DNA of 64,000 nucleotides from Octopus bimaculoides (Eukaryota): contig NC_068983.1 of assembly GCF_001194135.2 (NCBI RefSeq), forward strand, positions 102,806,692 through 102,870,691, read 5' to 3'. The position numbers and the translations under genes were made by a program. Positions 55,053 through 64,000 of the stretch are shown piece after piece (position 1 is the stretch's first letter; each line of letters opens with the position of its first letter). The notes beneath the pieces were generated by a model. The model had not been told where the DNA came from. It ran no database searches and was given only the letters and a program-made list of their open reading frames with translations.

Positions 55053-57036
55053 GTAAATCGTAACTGAGTTAATAGATTTAGATTTTCGTGGGGCTTACCT
55101 TCAAAAGCATTGTTACTGACAACAGCTATGCGATTTATATACCCACTTGAAAGAAAAGTTCTCATATTTTATTCATTTTAAAAATTCATTATAATTATAT
55201 ATTTCTAGTTTCAGTTTTACCTTGGTGCCTGTTGATTTGGTGTGTGTGTGTGTGTGTACATAAAGATTTGGAAACTATGAATTACTGCCGTTTTTATTAT
55301 GTTGGTAATAATCATAAATACCAATGTTGAGTTATTAAGGAATGTAGTAGGTTGTAATTAAAAAATATCTACTAATATCTGGTTTAGTCTATGATCAAAA
55401 GCATTCCAACCTCAGAAACGGGAGTGGATAGACAGGAGACAGCGTTCGTCTACTTTTCAGCTCATGGCGAGATGAAAGTTCTTCCAAACCTAAGGACTGA
55501 AGCGTACTTCTTGTCTCTAAAACCATTTTCCATTACTAGCCAGCCTTGATCTCGTCTATATATGCTACCTTGTCCAATTTTCCCTGACAAATCAAGAAAC
55601 CTTTTGGAGGCTTGTTCTTTTATGTGCTGGTTCATATATCTTTGGTTAACTTTGCCTTTCATTCTTACAGGACTAATAATAATGGTTTCAAATTTTGGCA
55701 CAAGGCCAGCAATTTTTTATGGGAGGAAAAAGTCGATTAAATTGACCTAGTGCTCAACTGGTACTTATTTTATCGACCCGGAAAGGCAAAATCGATCTCG
55801 GCGGAATTTGAACTCAGCATGTAAAGATGGATGCAAATACCGCAAAGCATTTTTATCTGGTGTGCTAACGATTTTGCCAGTTCACCACTTTCTATGGCCA
55901 ATAATAAGAATCAAGTACTGAGATCCATGCAATCGACTGTTTCTTGCCACTTGTGTCGATGTTTAAAAAAAAGTATTACTTATACTCTATATGAGATAAA
56001 ACATCTCATACTACTTTTATTATTCAATGAATTTTATCGTAATAGAATATTACCATATATCGCCATGCTTAAGTTTTTCAATGCGGAGAAAATATTTCAG
56101 CTATATATTGTTTTTATTTGTATATTTCATATAGCACACCATATTTGTTCACTATAATCTACAATATTATTGCTTAGCGATAATCTGATACATAATAAAT
56201 GTCTTCACTTATTTCTCTTGGATTTTTATTTTCACGTTTTTGTCACCCCTCTCTAATGTGATTGGTATGTATGTATGTATATGTGTGTGTGTGTGTTACG
56301 GAGATGTACTTACATAGCAAGCGACCTGATCTGGGATCGTGTGCTGGAACGAAAACAATTGCAGCGTGGAAGGTGTTTATAAGCCATTTAAGAAACACAC
56401 AAAAACCGTTAGATTCACTTCAGCATTTAAATTTAATTTGCCAAAATATTTTCGTCGTTTTGAGACCGCGACCTGTTCACTGACAAAATTCCGTGATATG
56501 TATATATATATATATATATATGTATATGCGAGTAAAAATAAATACAAAAAAGGTGTTTTTTTTTGTATGATTGTGTATAGAGGAATATATTATTTTGTTT
56601 AAAAGAGTTCCAACACTGTCTGTTTTTTATGTTTTATTTATATTCCTGCAGAACTAATGTGGGGTATAGAATATGGAATATACAATATATAATATAATAT
56701 AATATAATATACCATATAAAATAAAATAAAATAAAAATGGATGGCACCATGAAAGAAAGTATTGAATGTAGATGAAATATTGAGCGTTCAATATAAAGGA
56801 TCAAATATATAAATATATAAATATAAATATATAACGGCGACTCGAGTTTCAGGGCTATTTCCCTTCGTCATGGCCGGTATGACAGACTTTATCCGTTATA
56901 TGCAACAAAAGCAGTATTAAATTAAAATATCCATTTGTCATATTTCGTGAATCATACAAATACATCGCAAAAAAGCAAATTAACTACGGTATTCGTCTGA
57001 TGGACGTACCGTGTTTAAAAACAAATATATCAGTAA

Positions 57037-57228
57037 CAGACGAAATCGTCTAGCAGCAATGGTGAGAATGCCAAATGCACATTTCTGCCTCGTTGGCCTT
57101 TGTCTGTACCATGTACTCACTGCAAGATGCAAGTTAAAAGAGTAAGAACATGATACTGACAAAAGCCCATCGAGGTAGAATTGCGTATCTTGCTTTCTCA
57201 TCACCGCTGTTGGGCGATTTTCGTCTGC
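57037..57228 (+). mobile_element. Inverted-repeat-bounded ~190-bp element (family shared with 41550-41840)
   Basis: Arms of ~38 bp (cagacgaaatcgtctagcagc... / ...gctgttgggcgattttcgtctg), about 30 matches. Internal blocks are shared with the 41.6 kb copy. Confidence 0.55.
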
Positions 57229-57321
57229 AACGTTCATGAGACATTAGGATGACGCAGTAAATTTGCCTTTAAGCGATATATTTGCATTAAGTATGACATA
57301 CAGATGAATATATGTGTGTGT

Positions 57322-57768
57322 GTGGAGGCGCAATGGCCCAGTGGTTAGGGCAGCGGACTCGCAGTCGTAGGATCGCGGCTTCGATTCCCAGACCGGGCGT
57401 TGTGTGTGTTTATTGAGCGAAAACACCTAAAGTCCCACGAGGCTCCGGCAGGGGTTGGTGGCGAACCCTGCTGTACTCTTTCACCACAACTTTCTCTCGC
57501 TCTTTCTTCCTGTTTCTGTTGTACCTGTATTTCAAACGGCCAGCCTTGTCACACTCTGTGTCACGCTGAATCTCCCCGAGAACTACGTTATGGGTACACG
57601 TGTCTGTGGAGTACTCATCCACTTGCACGTTAATTTCACGAGCAGGCTGTTCCGTTGATCAGGTCAACTGGAACCCTCGTCGTCGTAACTNNNNNNNNNN
57701 NNNNNNNNNNNNNNNNNNNNNNNNNNNNNNNNNNNNNNNNNNNNNNNNTCGTAACTGACGAAGTGCCA

Positions 57769-57770
<2 letters not shown>
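57322..57770 (+). mobile_element. SINE family C copy. Older or related copies at ~6435-6790, 8448-8765, 30081-30415, 59263-59500
   Basis: Alignable by eye to 11376-11762; a short gap lies near the tail. Confidence 0.88.
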
Positions 57771-57857
<87 letters not shown>

Positions 57858-57861
57858 CACA

Positions 57862-59154
57862 CAAGGGGGCACCCAAAAGTAAACGGAAACGTTCTCTGTG
57901 GGACAAGGTCGTTATAGTTTCCGCCACTAGAAGCCACTTGATACGATCCTCAGGCATCAGTCTGCCGACCGGCATCACCGGGTGTCGTCGTAGTGCCACA
58001 TGATGCATCTTTGTTTTGACGTGCTTCTCTCTTGTTCGTCGATTTTTGCGATGGCTGAAACGAAAGAACAGCGTGCTTCCATGTAATTTTGCTTTCAGCT
58101 GGGGAAAACGGCGGCTGAAACAGCTCTCATGCTTCAAACAGCTGAAAAGAACGCTACCAAGTTTACGAGTGGTTTTCGCACTTTAGGAATAGTCACTTGT
58201 CGCTTGAGGACAAATCTTGTCCAGGGTGACCGTCGACCTCTCGCACGAATGAAAACATCACGAAAATTCGTGAACTTATTTTGGAGGATCGTCGCCGAAC
58301 AATTGACAAAGTTGTTGATATGACTGGTGTGTCCTGAAGCTCCTCCAAACGAATTTTGAGCAAGGAATTGCGAATGAAAAGAGTTGCAGCAAAATTTGTG
58401 CCTCACTTGCTCACAGAAGATCAAATACAGTCACGACTGAATACGTGTCGTGAACACTGAAAGAACAGTTGGAAGTTGATCCGAAGCTATTTTCGAAGAT
58501 CCTCAAAGGTAACAGAAGCTGGTGCTGCGACCACGAGCCGGAAACAAAGCAGCAATCAAGTCAATGGAAAAATTCAATGTCATCATGCCCTCCAAAAATT
58601 GCGTTAAGTGTAGTCCAATGTTAAGGCGACGTTGATTTGTTTCATCGATGCGAAAGGAATTGTCCACACAGTATTTGTTCCTCCTGGTCAAACTGTTAAC
58701 CAGACATTTTACTTGACAATTCTGAAGCGTTTGCGAGACGAAAATGTCCCGATTAGTGACGAAGTGGAGAGTGGTAGTTTCATCACGACGATGCACTTTC
58801 GCACACCGCCATAAGTGTGACACAGATTTTGGCCAAAAATGCATGACCCCGTTTATACCCCATCCCCATTCACCTGGGCTTGCTCCTGCAACTTTTTTGT
58901 TCTCTTGAATGAAAAGTCCTTAAAGGAAAACGTTTTGCAGATGTGGAAGAGGTGAAGAAAAAAAAAAGACGAAGGCGTTAAAAGCATTATTTCGCAAGAG
59001 TTGCAGCAATGCTTCCAACAGTTGAAAATGCGTCTGAACCGATGCATTGCTTCAAATCGAGAATACTTTGAAAACAGTAAAAGTCTAAACATGTAAAACG
59101 AGGCGAATAAAATAATGTTGCAAAATTTTCCGGTTTCCAATGGGTACCTCCTTA
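57862..59154 (+). mobile_element. Full-length (~1293 bp) decayed mariner transposon
   Basis: Imperfect TIRs (caagggggcaccca / rc taaggaggtaccca) with TA at the right end. Transposase pseudogene from ATG 58051: EQR..FCFQLGKTAAET, EDRRRTI, MKRVAAKFVPHLL, a YSPDLAP-like motif and KGKRFADVEEVK, with multiple stops and frameshifts. Confidence 0.92.
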
Positions 59155-59189
59155 TATATATANNNNNNNNNNNNNNNNNNNNNNNNNAT

Positions 59190-59247
<58 letters not shown>

Positions 59248-59696
59248 ATGTATGTATATATATGGCTTAGTGGTTAGGGTGTTGCACTCACGATTGCGAG
59301 ATCGTGAGTGCGATACCCAGACCGGCCGTTGCAAAACACTTCATTTCACATCTGACATATGGTATACCTGTACAGATAATGTCAATTTGATGAAGGCAAT
59401 GAGCTTATGTGAACACAAACATTTGATCACTATAAAAGAATCATCTGTGTGGTTGTTGGGCACTTTTTTGCCGAACCCTCATTCTCGTCTAACGACGGGA
59501 AAATCCATAATATATATATATTAAATTCAAATTACGACAAACGCAAATAAACAAACGAAGATTGCTTTTAGAAGCGTTGAGATGTCTTTTTTAGAAAGTT
59601 AAAGAAGTGATTTTTTAAATTCTCAATCGCAGAATAATGCTAATAATATAGCCTGAGCAGGATAAACTATCCCTATTTTGCAGAGAAAAGTGTAGG

Positions 59697-59772
59697 TGGC
59701 TAGCTGTGGACTCGAACTCACATCCCCGTGATTACATGTCACGATGCTTTGACCGATTAAGCTAAACTACCC
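59697..59772 (-). pseudogene. tRNA-Thr(TGT)-like sequence (pseudo-tRNA or SINE head)
   Basis: Cloverleaf: D stem GCTT/AAGC, anticodon stem CGTGA/TCACG with loop CA-TGT-AA, T loop TTCGAGT. A replaces U33, the T stem has a deletion and the acceptor stem has a mismatch. Confidence 0.5.
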
Positions 59773-59806
59773 ACTACAAATTCCTCTGCGAATTAAGATA
59801 TATAAA

Positions 59807-59863
<57 letters not shown>

Positions 59864-60096
59864 GGAAAGTGCATGTGTTCGTCCGCTACCACCGCGTGAC
59901 AACTGGTGTTGGTGTGTTTACGTCCCCGTAACATTAGCGGTTCGGTAAAAAAGACCGATAGAATAAGTAGCAGGCATTATTTAAAAATAATAAGTAGGTG
60001 GGGTTGATTCGTTCTACTAAAATTCTCCCACGTGGTGCCCCTGCATGGCCACAGTCTAACGACTGAAATAAGTATAAAGTGAAAGATAAAAGATCA

Positions 60097-60254
60097 GGAG
60101 TGGCTGTGTAGTAAGAAACTTACTTCCCAACCACATGGTTCCGGGTTCAGTCCCACTGCGTGGTACCTTGGGCAAGTGCCTTCTACTTTAGCCTCGAGCC
60201 GACCGAAGCCTTGTGAGTGGATTTGGTAGACGGAAACTGAAAGAAGACCGTCGC

Positions 60255-60288
<34 letters not shown>

Positions 60289-60570
60289 NNNNNNNNNNNN
60301 NNNNNNNNNNNNNNNNNNNNNNNNNNNNNNNNNNNNNNNNNNNNNNNNNNNNNNNNNNNNNNNNNNNNNNNNNNNNNNNNNNNNNNNNNNNNNNNNNNGC
60401 TTGACAACCGATGTTGATGTGTTTATGTCCCCGTCACCTAACGGTTCGGCAAAAGAGACCGATAAAATAAGTACTAGGCTTACAAAGAATAAGTCTCCTG
60501 GGGTTGATTTGTTCGACTAAAGGCGGTGCTCCAGCATGGCCGCAATCAAATGACTGAAACAAGTAAAAGA
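60097..60570 (+). mobile_element. SINE family A, full-length with an internal gap
   Basis: Matches 16960-17358 along both halves. Confidence 0.88.
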
Positions 60571-60902
60571 ATACAATGATAAATAAAGTTATATGAAGTA
60601 CCATACAAGGTCAGCTTTTCATTAATTGAAATCATCTTTGCCTCGAAAGAACAAATGCTTTGTGGCAACTGCAGTCGACTTCAAATTAGGAGATAATACA
60701 GAAAGTTTAAATATTGAACCTTATAAGGGGCGGCAAATTGGGAGAATCGTTGGTAGGCCGGGCAAAATGCTTAGGGACATTTTGTCCATATTCATGTTCT
60801 GAGTACAAATTTCGACTTTGCCTTTATCCTTTCACGATCGATAAAATAAGGACCAGTTAAACACGGGTCGATGTAATCGACTTAATCCATCCCTTGGACG
60901 AA

Positions 60903-62510
60903 TCTAGTTTTTTTGGTTTTTTTCATTCGCAAAATATGCATTTTTTAAAAGGAAGTAAAAAATCTGAAAATCTGCTATAATAATGTAGCCTTCCAGTCTC
61001 AGTGCTTTGAAGGTATGATGTTGTGGAGAAAAAATAGAGAAAAAAAAACTACATAGGTTTAAAAGTCGAAAAAAAAAGCTGGGTATTTTTAGCCTACAGT
61101 GAGACAGAAATTTTCTGCATTTTGCAATTGTAAGTTTCTAAATAAACAGAAATACCTAATAAAATCAACATGTATCATCTTACTGTTTCTTTTGTCTCGT
61201 CATTGATTGTATGTTTTTATCATTTTTTTAAAAATTGTTATATTAATATATTTGTCTGCATAAGGCAACGAGCTGGCAGAAACGTTAGCACGCCGGGCGA
61301 AATGCTTAGCGGTATTTCGTCTGCCGTTACGTTCTGAGTTCAAATTCCACCGAGGTTGACTTTGCCTTTCATCCTTTCGGGGTCGATAAATTAAGTACCA
61401 GTTACGCACTGGGGTCAATGTAATCGACTTAATCCCTTTGTCTGTCCTTGTTTGTCCTCTCTGTGTTTAGCCCCTTGTGGGCAATAAAGAAATAAGAAAC
61501 GTTAGCACGTCAGGTGAAATGTTTAACGATATTCCGTCTGTCTTTATGTTCTGAGTTCAAATTCCGCCGAGGTTGACTTTGCCTTTCATCCTTTCGGGGT
61601 CGATAAATGAAGTGCCATTTACCTATTGGGGTCGATCTAATCAACTTGCCCCGCTCCCCCAAAATTTCGAGCCTTGTGCCTAAAGTAGAAAAGAATATAT
61701 TTGTTTGCATATGTTTACTTTATGCGTACTTCAGTATTATGTATACCTGCCATGTATTTATGTACATCATTAATGTGTGTGTGTGTGTGTGTGTGTGTGN
61801 NNNNNNNNNNNNNNNNNNNNNNNNNNNNNNNNNNNNNNNNNNNNNNNNCAAAACTCCAAAGTTGGGAAACGTTTCCATGCTTGGATTTGTAAACTACGAT
61901 AAGAATAAAACTGGTCAACAAAGAATTTGTCCCAAGGAAAAGAATACCTGTATCCTATATGTTTTTGCATGCAGAATTCCAAAATAATGTCAAATTATCA
62001 GTATCACCCACAGTTTCTCTGTTCCACGATATCCCTCTCAGTTCCTGTTACGTGGGCTAAATTTCAGGTAAGCTGTTGAAATGTGAAGCTAACGGTTTAA
62101 GAAATACTCCTAATTTAAATTTTTATGAATAGAATTAACCGAGTGAAATCATAAATCCAGCTATCTGAGTCAATGAGTCCGTAAGATAAATGAAATGAAA
62201 AACATGTAAAAATACTAAGTGTGAAAAATCAACATAGACAACAGTAGCACAAACAACAGTGAATCACAGCACAGCGTGCGGTTGTCATGGTAACAAGCTG
62301 CTAATGCCACGCTGTCTGTTGATTGGCTAAAATTACCCAAATTTCCCAACTTTAATTCCAAATAACATCAGATTCTTTAATTTACGAGATAAAGTAATTG
62401 GTTGGTCGTAATCAAAATTAAGAGTTGCATCGATACACCAAAATTGAAAGCAATCTGAGCAAAATTAAAGTGTTGGGGGGGGGCTCATTTTGCGAATGAG
62501 AAAGACTAGA
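60903..62510. mobile_element. Non-autonomous DNA transposon (~1.6 kb) with nested SINE B copies
   Basis: Imperfect terminal IRs tctagt..tttcattcgcaaaat (60903-60935) and attttgcgaatgagaaagactaga (62487-62510). Superfamily not determined. Confidence 0.45.
61262..61690 (+). mobile_element. tRNA-headed SINE family B (gcctttcatcctttcggggtcgataaa core), tandem pair
   Basis: Further copies at ~7665-7860, 27975-28300, 45728-46125 (-), 46765-46965 (-), 48410-48590 (-), 50105-50195 (-), 55683-55885 (-), 60727-60892, 62520-62750. The central block resembles the Meta/Sauria-type conserved SINE domain (from memory, unverified). Confidence 0.88.
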
Positions 62511-63224
62511 CCTACCTGAACTTGCTGGCCTTGTGCCAAAATTTGAAACCAATATTTAAGGCGGCGAGCTGGCAGAATCGTTAGCACGCCGGGCAAAAGG
62601 CTCAGCGGTCTTTAGCCCGTCTTTACCTTCTGAGTGCAAATTCCACCGAGGTCGTTAAAATAAGTACCAGTTGAGCACTGGAGTTAATGTAAACGACTTA
62701 CCTCCTACCTTGAAATTGCTGGTCTTGCGCCAAAATTTGAAACCAATAATTTAATCTTATTTTTAAATCAAAGAGTGGTATTTTGAGGATAATTCAAGTT
62801 AAGCGAGATCAAATACGAATTCGAAAGATCAATTTTTCTACATTGCTATAGAGTTGCTATGCAACAAAAAAAGTGAAAACAGAAACAGATTTGTTATATA
62901 TCAAACAACGGGGTGTATATAATAGATAAGTAAAGGGTGAGTTTGATCATTAGCAAGCACGATGACAGCTGCAGGTATGTTTCGGTGTTAATATTCGCTG
63001 TTTAGGCAAATGACTAGGATGGAGAATTTCTCACATATGTTAAGTGAGGAAAGGCTAACATACTTCATGTAGTGAGCCAAACAAAACTAAAATCTGCTAT
63101 ATTTACGCCCACGTTAACGAGAAAAATCGATAGCTTTAATGAGTAATTCTTGTCGAGAAAGGTAAGGGAGGTAACCAAAAACTGGATGAAGGCACATGCA
63201 AGCTATTGGGTACAGTTCTTTCTT

Positions 63225-63565
63225 CTACACCAAAACCCTTTGCCCGTGGGCAAGAGATAGGTGCCTCATTTGGGACGCCACAGTCTGTGACTCCTTTGCT
63301 CCCTCCTACATCCTGGATGCAGCGGTAAATGGGAGGGTCACTGCTTCCGTAGCCGAACGGAAGAAAATCCTTAAGTATCGGGACCTGTCAATGAACCATT
63401 TTTTCCTGCCTGTAGCGTTTGAGACGTTTAGAGGGGTGGAACGCTAACTGTAAAGTTCTTGTCATCGTAGGCAGCTTGCCTTACCAAGATGTCATGTGAT
63501 GCCCGTGAGGGTGTTTGTTTGTTCCAACGCCTTAGCCTAGCCGTCACCCGTGGTAATACCGGGGG
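63225..63565 (+). mobile_element. CRE-like non-LTR retrotransposon, restriction-like endonuclease C-terminus
   Basis: PWARDRCLIWDATVCDSFAPSY..AERKK..KY.DL..FFLPVAFET..LFQRLSLAV.RGN matches the RLE-type non-LTR motif. Confidence 0.75.
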
Positions 63566-63635
63566 CTTGCTTCAGTAGGTTCCTTTGAACTTTGTGGTGT
63601 GCGACCAATTAAGGCGTTTGGTGTTGAATTGATAT

Positions 63636-63995
63636 TGTAGTAACGCTATGCGCATGCGTAGTCTCACGCATGCGTGCAATTCAACAACCAAGCTTTCCCG
63701 CTTAATTCATTCTCTTTCTCGGTCGGCCGGCCATCAGCATGGACGTGTTTAGCTGTCACTCTCCATCTTTCGGTCTTACCCTCGACAGCTCGCTCACATC
63801 TACATAACAACGTCCCAACAACTATACTCACAGACACAGAAGCTGTAATAACAAGAGCTAAAGATGTATATATTTACCACCTAAATAAAGTGTTGTTTAA
63901 GTTGATAGTCTGGAGTTCAGCGTTCCGTTTATATTCATAATTTTATATAGGAAAGTCAGGTATACATCTAATGATGTATAACCAACTTTCCTATA
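63636..63995 (+). mobile_element. Solo LTR (360 bp), related to 35503-35922
   Basis: Termini TGTAG...CTATA, 4-bp TSD ATAT (63632-63635 and 63996-63999). AATAAA, gcgttccgtt and the terminal ~45 nt are shared with the other LTR. Confidence 0.8.
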
Positions 63996-64000
63996 ATATT

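Larger units (their letters stand above)
1944..61848. other. About 15 assembly gaps (e.g. 1944-2542, 3930-4368, 18527-18705, 21046-21438, 33965-34338, 42307-43071, 51412-51684, 52504-52910)
   Basis: N runs, most of them abutting (TA)n or (TG)n. Confidence 0.98.

Noticed and set aside
56440-56500. Stem enclosing gtgaaca..ggtctc-aaaacgac on the minus strand, a possible hammerhead relic
   Set aside because: At least three core mismatches and a poor stem II; not supportable without a family consensus.
235-61987. Most ORFs in the supplied track (YIYI, CVCV, HTHT, SLSL, X-runs)
   Set aside because: They are translations of microsatellites, gaps or SINEs.
35923-63635. One large LTR retrotransposon bounded by the two LTRs
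   Set aside because: Each LTR has its own distinct TSD, they are divergent, and no gag/pol lies between them.
1-64000. CRISPR arrays, rRNA genes or prokaryotic operons
   Set aside because: None seen; the sequence is eukaryotic intronic and intergenic DNA.

Overview
AT-rich, microsatellite- and SINE-dense animal genomic DNA from a gapped draft assembly. About 15 N-gaps are present and most abut (TA)n or (TG)n arrays. The repeat complement looks like an octopod cephalopod, which is an inference. One protein-coding gene is supported: the 5' part of an ELAPOR1/2 (KIAA1324/UPF0577) homologue on the minus strand. It has three coding exons (53738-53406, 24503-24380, 14786-14573) with GT-AG boundaries and compatible phases, a ~28.9 kb first intron and an unusual poly-Ser leader; the rest of the gene probably lies left of the window. 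The remainder is transposable-element debris: several tRNA-headed SINE families; fragments of RTE, CR1, L2/CR1-like, L1/Tx1 and CRE-like LINEs; a full-length decayed mariner; MITEs; Helitron-like pieces; and two related solo LTRs with TSDs. The most notable observation is a set of minimal type-I hammerhead-ribozyme motifs. Two are near-intact and three are decayed. They sit in small inverted-repeat-bounded or tRNA-headed elements, probably Penelope-derived, and four of the five lie inside ELAPOR intron 1. Other notable points are a SINE with a perfect 92-bp flanking duplication and a sharp CpG-depletion boundary in mid-intron 1. All coordinates were read by hand, and repeat boundaries are approximate.
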